From Vampirovibrio sp. (GTDB taxonomy: Bacteria; Cyanobacteriota; Vampirovibrionia; Vampirovibrionales; Vampirovibrionaceae): 64,000 nucleotides of DNA. The position numbers and the translations under genes were made by a program. Of the stretch, positions 31,827 to 42,124 are shown piece after piece. The stretch is taken from assembly GCF_041737375.1 (NCBI RefSeq), contig NZ_JBGSRV010000003.1, positions 76,522 to 140,521 on the forward strand, given 5' to 3'. Positions within the stretch are counted from its first letter, which is position 1. The number at the start of each line of letters is the position of its first letter. The notes under the pieces were generated by a model that was not told the origin of the DNA, searched no databases, and worked only from the letters and a program-made list of their open reading frames with translations.

Positions 31827-32495
31827 TCAAATATCCTGTCCGGCGCTACGGGCAGCGGCCACTTTTTGCTGATCCTTGCGGATGTACTTGATGTGCTTCC
31901 ACACGTACAAAATACCCAAAATCACCAAAATGCCAATAATGGCGTAATCAAACTTGTGCCAGATGGCCCGGAAGGCTTCCAGATTTTCGCCAAAGTAAAC
32001 GCCCACGTACACCAGTCCGTAACTCCAGATGAGCGAGCCAATAAAGGTGTAAATAATAAAGGGATAAAAATGAGCTTGCAGGATACCGGCAGGCAACGAA
32101 ATAAAAGTACGCACCACCGGCAACATACGGCAGATGAAAAAGGCCCAATCGCCGTATTTATCCACCCAGCGCTCGGCCACATCCAAATCATGCTCACTCA
32201 GCAACAGCCATTTGCCGTGCTTAATTAAAAAGGATCGCCCCCCAAACAGACCAATCAGGTACGAGGGAATGGAACCCAGCACACAACCCACCGCACCGGC
32301 CAACGCCGCCAGGTGAATGTTTAACTTGCCTTGCTGGGCCAGAAAACCGGCATAGGGCATAATAAATTCACTGGGCAGGGGAACGTTGGCGGATTCAATG
32401 GCCATTAGCAAGGCCACGCCCGCATAACCCAAGGTAGCGATTACGTTGTGAATAAACGCCATCACCAGTTCCAGCAGAGAGTGAAAAAATTCCAT
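31827..32495 (-). CDS. DedA/VTT (SNARE-associated) family membrane protein
   Basis: 222-aa protein with the DedA signature (G...E....P.P.E......G). Confidence 0.75.
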   Translation of the reverse strand: MEFFHSLLELVMAFIHNVIATLGYAGVALLMAIESANVPLPSEFIMPYAGFLAQQGKLNIHLAALAGAVGCVLGSIPSYLIGLFGGRSFLIKHGKWLLLSEHDLDVAERWVDKYGDWAFFICRMLPVVRTFISLPAGILQAHFYPFIIYTFIGSLIWSYGLVYVGVYFGENLEAFRAIWHKFDYAIIGILVILGILYVWKHIKYIRKDQQKVAAARSAGQDI

Positions 32496-32537
32496 ATGCC
32501 GCTCCTATTTGGGAATCCAGAATATTAGCTAAAAAGC

Positions 32538-33596
32538 CTAATTAAAAGTGACTTTCAGCCAGTTTACCACGCACATCAAGGCCCCGGAAAATAAAAAGGT
32601 TAAGGGGATGGTGAGTACCCAGGCCCATAAAATATTTCCGACGATACCCCATTTTACAGCGGAAATCCGTTTGGTCGCACCCACCCCCATAATGGAAGAG
32701 GTAATCACGTGGGTGGTGCTGAGGGGAATGCCAAAATGGCTGGCCACCAGAATAATGCCTGACGCGGTGGTTTCGGCGGCAAAGCCATGGATGGGCTGCA
32801 ATTTGAGCATTTTGTTGCCCAGGGTATGAATAATTTTCCACCCGCCGCTGAGCGTACCCAGCGCAATCATGCTGGCGCAGGACATAATCACCCACAGCGG
32901 TACATGGAAGCCTTCCCCCTGCTCAAAAAACCAGCTGGGGAAATGCACACCGGGCATTTTGCTAAAGGTGAGCAAGGCCAGGGCGATGATGCCCATGGAT
33001 TTCTGGGCGTCGTTGTTGCCGTGGGAAAGGGCCATCATCATGGCCGAAACAATTTGCAACTTGCCAAAGGTCCAGTTAATGCGATGCAGATGCACCCGAA
33101 ACACCATCCAGGTGAGCAGGCCCATAATTAAAAAACCGAAAAAGAACCCGGCCAGCGGAGACGTGAACATGGGCAAAATGATTTTATCCAGCACCGTGTT
33201 CCAGGAAATATGGGTGTGGCCTTCGTTGCTGGCGAAAAACGTGGCGCCCAACAGGGAACCAATCAGGGCATGGGATGAACTGCTGGGCAGGCCCCACCAC
33301 CAAGTGAGCAGGTTCCAGGTAATGCCGCCAATCAGGGCGCACAACACCATATCCATCGAAATAGACGAGGCATCCACCAGCCCTTTGCCAATGGTAGCGG
33401 CCACTTCCGTACTCATTAAGGCGCCTGCGAAGTTAAACACAGCCCCAAACAATACCGCCACCCGAGGGGTCATCACCTTGGTGGCCACCAGGGTGGCAAT
33501 GGCGTTGGCGGCATCGTGAAAGCCGTTGATATAATCAAAAATCAAGGCCAGCCCGATAATGGCAATCAGCATGAAAAGCTCTGGGCCAAATTCCAT
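32538..33596 (-). CDS. pit: Inorganic phosphate transporter, PiT family
   Basis: N- and C-terminal PHO4 signature repeats (GFHDAANAIAT ... GNNDAQKSMGII). Confidence 0.9.
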   Translation of the reverse strand: MEFGPELFMLIAIIGLALIFDYINGFHDAANAIATLVATKVMTPRVAVLFGAVFNFAGALMSTEVAATIGKGLVDASSISMDMVLCALIGGITWNLLTWWWGLPSSSSHALIGSLLGATFFASNEGHTHISWNTVLDKIILPMFTSPLAGFFFGFLIMGLLTWMVFRVHLHRINWTFGKLQIVSAMMMALSHGNNDAQKSMGIIALALLTFSKMPGVHFPSWFFEQGEGFHVPLWVIMSCASMIALGTLSGGWKIIHTLGNKMLKLQPIHGFAAETTASGIILVASHFGIPLSTTHVITSSIMGVGATKRISAVKWGIVGNILWAWVLTIPLTFLFSGALMCVVNWLKVTFN

Positions 33597-33618
33597 AATA
33601 AACTTGAAACTCCTTGGC

Positions 33619-34251
33619 CTAGGTGTGCTTTAAAATGATACGCATGGCCACGTTGGCGGCATCACGGTACTGATCGGTCACGTCTTCCAGCATCTCGTAA
33701 ATATCTTTACGCAAAATCAGTTCACGCACGTCTTCAATATCGTGAAACGAGCTGGCGATTAACTGGCCTAGCACCATATCGCCCTGATCTTCCAGCTCAT
33801 GTAAAATGGCGGCCTTGGCATTCACGGTGCGAGAGTTCAACTTGCCCGACAGTTCCCGAATGACGGCGGCCATGGCTTCCGCCTGACGATCGATGAGATC
33901 CACAAATTTGTTAAAATCCCCGTTGTAAGGGTGCATATTGTGGGTGAGCAGGCGATCGGTAATTTTGGTAATCAGCTTGGGAATGTTGTACAGGGCCACC
34001 GCGAATTCCTGAAGATCTTCCCGGTCGAAAGGGGTAATGAGGGTGCGACAAATTTCCTGGGTCAGGGTTTCCAGCGTTTTTTTGGCTTCCCGCTTGTATT
34101 TATAAATCTCGTCCGAGGCCTCTCGAACCACAGCCTCATCATGCCGATGTTCCACCAGTTTTTTCATCAGGCGGGAGCTGCGGTTGGCGGCCATTTCCAT
34201 ATCCTGCAGCATTTTGAGGAACTTGTCCTCACGGGGAAGCAGATTAAACAT
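33619..34251 (-). CDS. DUF47-family phosphate-transport regulator (PhoU-like Pit accessory protein)
   Basis: 210-aa helical protein of TIGR00153/DUF47 type, immediately upstream of pit. Confidence 0.8.
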   Translation of the reverse strand: MFNLLPREDKFLKMLQDMEMAANRSSRLMKKLVEHRHDEAVVREASDEIYKYKREAKKTLETLTQEICRTLITPFDREDLQEFAVALYNIPKLITKITDRLLTHNMHPYNGDFNKFVDLIDRQAEAMAAVIRELSGKLNSRTVNAKAAILHELEDQGDMVLGQLIASSFHDIEDVRELILRKDIYEMLEDVTDQYRDAANVAMRIILKHT

Positions 34252-34377
34252 TGGGGATCCAGCTCTTTGTCATCAATTAGTCACATATTACGCATGTTGG
34301 CGGCGCGTACTGCCGCATTTTATGATCAAATCCCAACTTGAAAGCAAGCCGAAAAATGAGGAGGCGTCCATACCGCA

Positions 34378-35085
34378 TCACCGATACTCCGGCTCACTGG
34401 CTTCCAGCAGTGGTTCTTGTCGGGGCATCAGCGTTTTCAGGATCAGATGCCCCAAATAAAGCAGCGGGGTAATGCCAATGGCAATCAAAAACTTCCAGCT
34501 GTAGTTGCCAATGGCCAGCCGCAGCATTTCAGATGCCTGCATTTGCCCCCAAAAGGCAATAAAGGTCACAATCAGGGAATCAAACAACTGGGACACCACG
34601 GTAGACCCCGTGGCCCGCAACCAGATAAAGCGGTGCTTGGTAACCGAGCGGATGGCGTGAAAGATCTGGATATCCAGCATTTGCCCAATCAGGTAGGCCA
34701 GCAAGGAGGCCAGAAACATGCCGGTGTACTGGGTATAAATGGTCATAAACACTGGCTTGGGAATAAAAGTGGCGGCATCTATCGGCAGTAAACTGCCCAC
34801 CGTTAAATAAATATAGGCCAGCAAGCACATACCAAAGCCCACCCAGGTTACAAAGCGGGCGCCTTGCTTGCCATAAAACTCGTTTAGCAAATCGGTCAGT
34901 ATAAAAGTAACCGGAAAGGGAATAATACCGGCGGACAGCAGCACCGGATCTTTCAGAAAGGGTACCCGGAAGGAAAACAACATGGCACCCACTTCATCGG
35001 CAATAAACAGGGAGATGACAAAAATGGCGGTCAGCCACACAAAAATCTTCTGGGAGCGATCAAAACGGGTCCAGGCAGCAGTCAC
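34378..35085 (-). CDS. yhhQ: Queuosine-precursor transporter (YhhQ/DUF165, VUT family)
   Basis: Six-TM protein with the conserved 'TFILTDLLNEFYGK' and 'SQLFDSLIV' blocks. Confidence 0.75.
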   Translation of the reverse strand: MTAAWTRFDRSQKIFVWLTAIFVISLFIADEVGAMLFSFRVPFLKDPVLLSAGIIPFPVTFILTDLLNEFYGKQGARFVTWVGFGMCLLAYIYLTVGSLLPIDAATFIPKPVFMTIYTQYTGMFLASLLAYLIGQMLDIQIFHAIRSVTKHRFIWLRATGSTVVSQLFDSLIVTFIAFWGQMQASEMLRLAIGNYSWKFLIAIGITPLLYLGHLILKTLMPRQEPLLEASEPEYR

Positions 35086-35236
35086 AAGGGGTCCTTTAAG
35101 CGATCAGAGAGAAGGGGTAAACAATGGGGATACTACAATAAGAAACCAGAGGGAATTCATGGATTGATTATCTCACAGCAGAAACAGTAAGCTATGGATA
35201 TGCTCAATTGAGCTTAATTATAGGAAAAAACTCGGT

Positions 35237-35869
35237 ATGATTCGTCGAATTGCCCTGACCGGTGGCATCGCCTGCGGCAAATCCCTGGCCGGGGCTTATT
35301 TAAAAAAGCAGGGCTTACCGGTGATTGACGCCGATGATGTGGTGCATGACCTGCTGCGGAATGATGAGGCCCTGAAATCGAAAATTCGGGAAGCCTTTGG
35401 GGCCGAGGTGTTTGATGAGAGCGGCCACGTTAAGCGGCCCGCCCTGGGCCAGCAAGTGTTTGCCGACCCGGAGCGGCGCAAGTTACTGGAAAGCTGGATT
35501 CATCCCAAAACCCGGCAAGCCATGGAAGCCTTTTACGCTCAGCATGGCCATCAGGCGGCGGGCGTTTGCATTATTCCCCTGTTGTTTGAATCCCGCCTAG
35601 CGGATCGCTATGATGCAGTATGGTTGCTGGATACCCCGCCCGCCATTCAACGCCAGCGCCTGATTACCCAGCGGGGCATGAGCGAGGCGGATGCCATGGC
35701 CCGCATTCAAAACCAGATGAGCCGGGAAGAAAAGCGAACCCTGACCCAACAACACCCCGGTGGCCATATTATTGATAACGTTGGCGACGCGGCCAGCGCA
35801 GAAACACCTGAAGCCCTGTATAAACAACTGGACGCCTTGCTAAAAGCCCTGCCCACCGCCGGAGAATAG
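35237..35869 (+). CDS. coaE: Dephospho-CoA kinase
   Basis: P-loop 'IALTGGIACGKS' and DADxV motif. Confidence 0.9.
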   Translation: MIRRIALTGGIACGKSLAGAYLKKQGLPVIDADDVVHDLLRNDEALKSKIREAFGAEVFDESGHVKRPALGQQVFADPERRKLLESWIHPKTRQAMEAFYAQHGHQAAGVCIIPLLFESRLADRYDAVWLLDTPPAIQRQRLITQRGMSEADAMARIQNQMSREEKRTLTQQHPGGHIIDNVGDAASAETPEALYKQLDALLKALPTAGE

Positions 35870-35956
35870 CCCCTATGGCAAACGCCACACCGGAAGCCGG
35901 TATGGCGTTGCTCACTCAGTAGGTAATTGGCAGGAGTTGAAACCGATCAGAATAAA

Positions 35957-36337
35957 TTATCGGGTGGTGGGTAGGTCATGTTCTTGCCATGCGGCCCAGC
36001 CGCCCTCCAGTTCCATTACCGGATAACCTGCCTGAGCCAGATGAACGGCGGCATCGGCCGCTAAATGGCAAACATGGGAATAACAATACAGAATGTTCTG
36101 CTTGTTTTTGTCCAGCCCGGTGGGGTTGCTCCACTTGGATTTTGGCAGGTTAATGGCCCCTGGAACATGTCCTTTCTGGTAATCTTCCGCTTCGCGCACG
36201 TCCACAACCACAATGGATTGCTTCTGAGACATCATGCGCTCCAGCTCCACCGGCCCGGTGGTAAACTGCATTTTATGCTCAAAAAAAGTTTTAGCCTGAG
36301 ACGGGTTATTAGGTTTTACAGGTGACTCAATCGCCAT
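35957..36337 (-). CDS. Rhodanese-domain sulfurtransferase
   Basis: Single rhodanese domain with the active-site Cys loop 'LYCYSHVC'. Confidence 0.8.
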   Translation of the reverse strand: MAIESPVKPNNPSQAKTFFEHKMQFTTGPVELERMMSQKQSIVVVDVREAEDYQKGHVPGAINLPKSKWSNPTGLDKNKQNILYCYSHVCHLAADAAVHLAQAGYPVMELEGGWAAWQEHDLPTTR

Positions 36338-36993
36338 GCATGGTCCTCCTTCTCTTACTTTTCAACGATTTTTATCCTTTAAAATCAATCTTTCAATCAA
36401 TCGGGATAAAAACGCCCCTCATCCTCACTACGGGAATGGGGTCATTCTAACCAAGTCCCGTTTTTTGTTGAATTACTCAAACGGAGAATTGACGTCAATA
36501 CTTTCTGCCTCAAGTAAAGAAAATAAGAAGAAAAATTAAGAACAGGCTGCGCAAAAGTTGAGAAAAGATGTAAACACTACGCAACGAAGGGGCCGCAACA
36601 CCGCAATTTCAGCCCGCTCTCTGTTTTTATTTATTCAGAGAGATTAAACATTTTTGCAGGATTCAACCAAGCGCAAGTCCTGCCACCGGCATCATTCACA
36701 ATGAATGATCCGCTTATCAACCACCCAACATCCCCAATCCAGTGATTCCATCCCGGCGGCAGCTTTTATAGCGGGAAACAGTACCCTGTTTTTAACGCTT
36801 ACCCCCTTGTCCGCAAACAGCCTGAACAGGCCCGGATGGTAAACGGATGAGCGAATGCCATGGAGGGTCGTGCCTTTAAAAAATTCACGTTTTAGACGGA
36901 GGAGAAGATTCAGGGAGGCTTTCAAGCTGTTGAGGAGCGGTTTGATAGCCTATGTGGTGAGGAGACGAGGGGTTCATCCCCTCTATGCTATGG

Positions 36994-37026
36994 ATACCGC
37001 GAGGGTTTTAATACCCTCGCTTTTTA
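36994..37026 (+). terminator. Rho-independent terminator in a long intergenic region
   Basis: cgcgagggt / accctcgc stem followed by TTTTTA. It is preceded by a second hairpin (gaggggttcatcccctc). Confidence 0.5.
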
Positions 37027-37226
37027 TTGCCCAAAATACGGGTGAAACGTTTTTTGAGTGACGGTTCCGTGACAAAAAGCAGATTCACGCATGTCCTTTC
37101 AGGAAGGGCATTAAAGCCAACTTTACATTTTGTATTGATCCCCAGCCCTGTCATCAGAATGTCACAGGACTTACCTACGATGGCCTTGCATTCCACATTA
37201 ATGAATCAAAAGGCGTTTCAAAGGTT

Positions 37227-37901
37227 ATGGCCATCAGCTCCATTAGTAGCAATATCGCCCGAGAGGTTTTTCATACTTCTTTGGCTGGCGTGGCCGCCAA
37301 AGGTGTGGGCAGCTCCTTTCGGGTGTGGGATGATCGCAACGCCCCCAGCCCCATCCAGAAAAATACCATTAAACGAGAAGCCGCCACCTTGGCAATGGTT
37401 TCCGCCTTTACGGCAGGCATTGATTTGGCCGGACAAAAAATCACCCAGAAAGCGGCCCAAATACCAGCCCTCAAAACCACACTGGAAAAAGCCGCCCATC
37501 ATCGCATCCTGATTAAAGCCGTCCCCGTATCGCTGGGCATTTTAATGGCGGAATTACTGAGCCGCAAACTGGCCCCCCGCAATATCTGGAGCGAAGATGG
37601 CCAGTTGAACGAAAGCGTTCTGGACTCCGATTCAGATTCCGATGATGAGGATATTGATGCGCTGGACAAGGCGGACCACAAAGCGCCCGACACCTCCGCC
37701 GAGCAGCCCTCTGGCACCCGCAATAAAAAAACAGCTCACGCCCATGTCCATCCCAAGCCACTGCCCCTCACCTTTGCGCAAGCGGGCGCATCCCAGCAGT
37801 ATGCCCCTTTTCCCTCATTTATGCCGTTTCCGGCCTCCTCCCTGTCCAATCCTTTTCAGCAAATGGCATTCACCCGGCTGCCCTCATTCACTGGTCTGTA
37901 A
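37227..37901 (+). CDS. Hypothetical protein with an acidic DSDSDSDDEDID tract
   Basis: 224-aa ORF with a weak RBS. The overlapping 37027 ORF looks non-coding (W/P-rich). Confidence 0.35.
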   Translation: MAISSISSNIAREVFHTSLAGVAAKGVGSSFRVWDDRNAPSPIQKNTIKREAATLAMVSAFTAGIDLAGQKITQKAAQIPALKTTLEKAAHHRILIKAVPVSLGILMAELLSRKLAPRNIWSEDGQLNESVLDSDSDSDDEDIDALDKADHKAPDTSAEQPSGTRNKKTAHAHVHPKPLPLTFAQAGASQQYAPFPSFMPFPASSLSNPFQQMAFTRLPSFTGL

Positions 37902-37978
37902 GGCGGGTTTCGGTTATGATGGCCTAACAATACGCTTTTCACACTGATTCCCGCTGCTCCCGAAACGACCCTTAAGCA

Positions 37979-38746
37979 ATGGACCTCACCATGACATCTC
38001 GTATTCTAGTGGTTGATGACGAAAAAGACTTGGTAAATCTGGTGCGTTACAACCTTGAAAAAAACGGCCTTCAGGTGGAATCCGCTTTCAATGGGTCTTC
38101 TGTATTGCCCTTGGTGGAAAGTTTCAATCCCCATCTCATTATTCTGGATTTGATGCTGCCCGATCGCTCCGGCTACGATATTTGCCGGGATTTAAAAAGC
38201 AACCCGGAAACCCGGCCCATTCCCATCATCATGCTCACCGCCCGATCTTCGGAATACAACCGGGTCACCGGCTTTGAATGCGGGGTAGAAGATTATGTGA
38301 TTAAACCCTTCAGCCCCAAAGAACTGGTGTTACGGGTCAAGGCCATTCTGGCCCGCACGGCGGGAGGAGCCAGCCAAACGCTGGAAGCCCTGCAATCCCT
38401 GCAACTGGGCAAGCTGCGGATTTTCCCGGAGGAATACCGGGTGCTGGTGGACCATCAGGAAGTGTCCCTGACCCACACCGAATTTAAAATTTTAATGGCT
38501 CTGGCCAACCAGCCCAACCGGGTTAAAACCCGGGAACAAATGCTGACCGCCGTGTGGCAAGAAGAGGCCGAATCGGTGATGGATAGAACCGTGGATGCCC
38601 AGGTCAAGCGCCTGCGCGCCAAGTTAGGCACAGCCCGAGACATGGTGGAAACCGTGCGAGGACTGGGCTATCGCTTAACAGTAGAAGCCCCTGTCATCGC
38701 TTCTTCCAAACCCGCCGCCGCCCCCAACGCCAGCCTATTGAACTAA
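37979..38746 (+). CDS. OmpR/PhoB-family response regulator
   Basis: REC domain (VVDDE...D57-like LMLPD...K) plus a winged-helix trans-reg domain (...LGYRL). Confidence 0.9.
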   Translation: MDLTMTSRILVVDDEKDLVNLVRYNLEKNGLQVESAFNGSSVLPLVESFNPHLIILDLMLPDRSGYDICRDLKSNPETRPIPIIMLTARSSEYNRVTGFECGVEDYVIKPFSPKELVLRVKAILARTAGGASQTLEALQSLQLGKLRIFPEEYRVLVDHQEVSLTHTEFKILMALANQPNRVKTREQMLTAVWQEEAESVMDRTVDAQVKRLRAKLGTARDMVETVRGLGYRLTVEAPVIASSKPAAAPNASLLN

Positions 38747-38772
38747 CCGAACGCGATAGAGCCTTCCCCATT

Positions 38773-39912
38773 ATGAGTAGCGCCCAGCCCGTTTCCAAAA
38801 ATTTCAGCCAGCTCAAGCACCTGTTTCGAGAGCAACACGTTTTAATGATGTTGCTGAAAGAGTTTAGAGATGGCATTTTAATCTGCGATCGGCAGGGACA
38901 AATTCTACAGGTTAACCGCTCCCTTAAACAGTTTTTGCAGCTGCCAAAAGAAGATGTGGTGGGGCGGCATGTGGAGGCGGTCATTCAAAATCCGGCCTTC
39001 CTGAAGGTGCTGGCCACGGTGCTGGCCACCGGCAATACCTGCGTGGAGGAAATCACGCTGGCTCAGGGAGATCCGCACGAACTGTTTTTTGAAGCCCACA
39101 TTGTGCCCATTAATATTCCGGGCCTGTTGGGCAACGAGCCCGCCCCCCTAACCGAAACGGACACCCAGGCCGTGGATGGGTGCGTAATTATCTTTCATGA
39201 TATTACCGACATTCGGCATACCGAGCGCATGCGCCGGGATTTTGTGGCCAACGTGTCCCACGAACTACGCACCCCGCTCAGCGCCATTGAAGGCTATTCG
39301 GAAACCCTGATTGAAGGGGCGCTGGATGATCCCACCGTGTGCCGGGACTTTATCAACGTCATTCATCGCCATTCGCTGCGCTTAACCCAGCTGGTGGAAG
39401 ATCTGCTGGATCTCTCCAAGCTGGAATCGCCCGATTACAAGCCAGAACTGCTACCCGCCTCCCTGCAGGTTCTCATTCAACAAGTACTGGCCATGGTGCA
39501 GGACAAGGCCGAGGAAAAAAATATTCAGCTAACCGTCGACATTCAGGAGCCGCTGCCCAAGGCCCAAGCCGAATTAAGCAGCCTGCAGCAGGTACTGACC
39601 AATCTGCTGGATAACGCCATTAAATACACCCCCACCGATGGGCGAGTAGTGTTAAAAGCCTATGTGAACGACCGCCAGAAAATTCAGGTGGACGTGATCG
39701 ACAACGGCATTGGGATTGAACCCAAATATCATTCCCGCATTTTTGAGCGCTTTTACCGGGTGGACAAGGCCCGTTCCCGTGAAATGGGAGGGACCGGGCT
39801 GGGTTTATCCATTGTAAAGCACATTGTGCAGCTGCATAACGGCGAAATTTGGGTGGAAAGCAACGACAGCAATGGCTCCACCTTCAGTTTTACTGTTGAT
39901 CCGGTGCTTTAA
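38773..39912 (+). CDS. PAS-domain sensor histidine kinase (cytoplasmic)
   Basis: PAS domain, HisKA H-box 'SHELRTPLSAIEGY', and HATPase N/G boxes (LLDNAIKY, DNGIGI, GGTGLGLSIV). No TM segment is evident. Confidence 0.9.
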   Translation: MSSAQPVSKNFSQLKHLFREQHVLMMLLKEFRDGILICDRQGQILQVNRSLKQFLQLPKEDVVGRHVEAVIQNPAFLKVLATVLATGNTCVEEITLAQGDPHELFFEAHIVPINIPGLLGNEPAPLTETDTQAVDGCVIIFHDITDIRHTERMRRDFVANVSHELRTPLSAIEGYSETLIEGALDDPTVCRDFINVIHRHSLRLTQLVEDLLDLSKLESPDYKPELLPASLQVLIQQVLAMVQDKAEEKNIQLTVDIQEPLPKAQAELSSLQQVLTNLLDNAIKYTPTDGRVVLKAYVNDRQKIQVDVIDNGIGIEPKYHSRIFERFYRVDKARSREMGGTGLGLSIVKHIVQLHNGEIWVESNDSNGSTFSFTVDPVL

Positions 39913-40454
39913 GGGCTGCTTTTCAAACAATCCCCCAGTTTAAAACGCCTTTAAAACCGACTTTAAATCAAGCAGGGAAAGCCGAAAAGGGCGTTGACAA
40001 TGCCCGGTTGTCTTTTCCCGCCTGATCAACCACGCATTGTTAGCAGGAATTGGCTGTGTCAAGTGGCCTCTCACAAAAAGACCCGCCTGATCGTTCAATC
40101 TGGCGAGCCGGGAATTGCTATATGTTAGGGGGTATCTTCATCCTGAAAAGCAATTGCTTGCCTCTCACTGTCTATGAAGGACATTATGCGCCAGTTTTAA
40201 GACAAATGGATGACAGAACGGTAACTATTTTGTAACGTTTCACCCCTCAACGGCTCAAGTGGGGGCCTGCAGGGGGGCCCGAACAGGCGTTCGCCTGCCC
40301 TATCCCGCAGACCCGGTTGGGGATTCCGGCAGGTGGTTGCTCATGCCACCCTTTCCCCGCATGGCTAATAGCTGGGCGGCTCATGCCAAAACCTCATGTT
40401 AATGCTACAGTAGTACCAAGCAAGACTCAAAAGCCTTGTGAAAAGAGGACTATC

Positions 40455-40724
40455 ATGAGAGTACAACCCATTAACGCCCGCATGCCAGTGCATCAGGCAT
40501 CACCTCTGCAACCCACCCCCCAAAGCCAACGGGTTGCCCCTACTTCATCACTAAATCCCATTACCCAACCCGAAACACTCGGACTTCAAAAACTTGGAAA
40601 AACAGACGTGCCATTTGGCCTGACCACCATTTCGTTTGGCCAGCTCAACCAAGCGCCCAAAGTTGCCTCCGCCTTCACCCGGCCCAATCCCAGTTTGGGC
40701 CATCGGCTGGATTATTACGCCTAA
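40455..40724 (+). CDS. Hypothetical small protein
   Basis: AAGAGGA RBS 6 nt upstream of the ATG. 89 aa, Pro/Gln-rich. Its 3' end abuts the convergent caspase gene. Confidence 0.35.
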   Translation: MRVQPINARMPVHQASPLQPTPQSQRVAPTSSLNPITQPETLGLQKLGKTDVPFGLTTISFGQLNQAPKVASAFTRPNPSLGHRLDYYA

Positions 40725-42124
40725 GGTGTTATGCCTGTAGCCAAAGGAGCCACTGGCTGCACAGGGGTCGAGGATAAACGCACATGCGGCAACGGATTGG
40801 CGCAATGGCGGGCAAAGGAGAACGCCTGAGCGATGCGCTCGGTGTGAGATAAGTCTGTCTGGGTGCGGGCATGCTGGTTTTCCCGGCGGGCGGTAGGGTC
40901 GCTTTCCAGGGCGTAGCTGGTGTACATGGACACTTCCTTCAGGTTCAAATCGGGGCGGGCCATAAATTGCACCAGATACTTGGTGTAAAGCCCCTCGTTT
41001 CGCTCCTGAATAGCGGGCATTTTGGGCCGGGAAGCGTATTCAATCCAGGTGTTGGCCAAACCGGGACCGGGTTCGGTTTCCCACTGCTTTAAGGCCGGTT
41101 TTCCAGAGCGGAAGGCGGTGCCTCCGTTCATCAGGGGGGTGCGGCAGGCATCCAGAAAAATCATGTTAAAGTAACTGCCCGCACCCTTTAATTCTCTCAG
41201 CAGGTAATCCACCGACACCGAATTTTCCTCAAACCCCGGTTGCATACTGCCGCTGTATTCCACGGGAATCAGGTAATTATTGCCGTTTACCGAGCCGCCA
41301 TGGCCGGAATAATAAACCATGGAAACCGCGCCCGGATTTTCCCGCAGCTTGCTGGTAAACTGGCTGACCCGAGCCTTCATGGCGGGCCCGCTCAAGTTAT
41401 GGCCCTGAATCACATAAAATCCCTGTCGGCGCAGCAGGCTGGAAATGCTGTTGGCATCCTGAATGGGGCCGCCCTGTAAATCGTTTTCCCCGCCCACATA
41501 GTCATCGTTGGCCAGCACCAGCGCCACACGGGGCGGGCAAAAAGGAAGCCCCAGACTGGTAGGACTCTTTAGCCTCTGTAGCTGAATGACCCGGCCCTTA
41601 TCCTGTAGGGATTGGGCATGTAAGCCCATATCGGAGTACAATTCTGCCCGGTTCTCATAGGCGGCGCTGTTCATGGGGTTAATGCGAACCGCTTGCCCAT
41701 AATCGTTCAGGGCCAGTTGATAATCCTGTGCGGCCACTTCCGGCTGGCCCATTTTTTTGGCGAAATCGCCCAGATACACCCACAGGTTTCCCCGGTTCAA
41801 GTAGGCGTTATAAAAATGGGGATTCATGGCAATGGCGGTACTGTAATCGGCAATGGCCCCCACATAATCTTTTTGGCCCGCCTTGGCCACCCCCCGTTTG
41901 TTCAAAACATGAATATCGGTGGGGTTCAGTTGCAGGTAAGCGTTAAAGGCCTGAATGGCCTGTCCAAACTGGCTGGCCTTGTATAAATTTTCACCCAAAT
42001 CAAAATAATAACGAGACGGGCCACTTTGAGCGGCCTGAGGCGCAAAACGATCGAAAGACGGAGACGGGAAATACAGAGACGAGGGGGCCGCATAAACGGG
42101 CGCCCCGTACCGCCCCAGCACCAT
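40721..42124 (-). CDS. TPR-repeat / caspase-domain (peptidase C14, orthocaspase) protein
   Basis: N-terminal TPR repeats. The C14 domain carries the His (YYSGHGG) and Cys (FLDACR) dyad and an 'ALVLANDDY' start. Confidence 0.85.
   Translation of the reverse strand: MVLGRYGAPVYAAPSSLYFPSPSFDRFAPQAAQSGPSRYYFDLGENLYKASQFGQAIQAFNAYLQLNPTDIHVLNKRGVAKAGQKDYVGAIADYSTAIAMNPHFYNAYLNRGNLWVYLGDFAKKMGQPEVAAQDYQLALNDYGQAVRINPMNSAAYENRAELYSDMGLHAQSLQDKGRVIQLQRLKSPTSLGLPFCPPRVALVLANDDYVGGENDLQGGPIQDANSISSLLRRQGFYVIQGHNLSGPAMKARVSQFTSKLRENPGAVSMVYYSGHGGSVNGNNYLIPVEYSGSMQPGFEENSVSVDYLLRELKGAGSYFNMIFLDACRTPLMNGGTAFRSGKPALKQWETEPGPGLANTWIEYASRPKMPAIQERNEGLYTKYLVQFMARPDLNLKEVSMYTSYALESDPTARRENQHARTQTDLSHTERIAQAFSFARHCANPLPHVRLSSTPVQPVAPLATGITP

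Noticed and set aside
36692-37061. ORFs 36692-36925(-) and 36855-37061(+) in the long non-coding gap
   Set aside because: The plus-strand ORF reads through a hairpin and a terminator and is Arg-rich junk. Neither ORF has an RBS. I treat the region as a candidate sRNA locus instead.
37027-37512. 161-aa ORF overlapping the 37227 gene in another frame
   Set aside because: W/P-rich, out-of-frame-looking composition with no RBS. The 37227-37901 frame is preferred, though itself weak.
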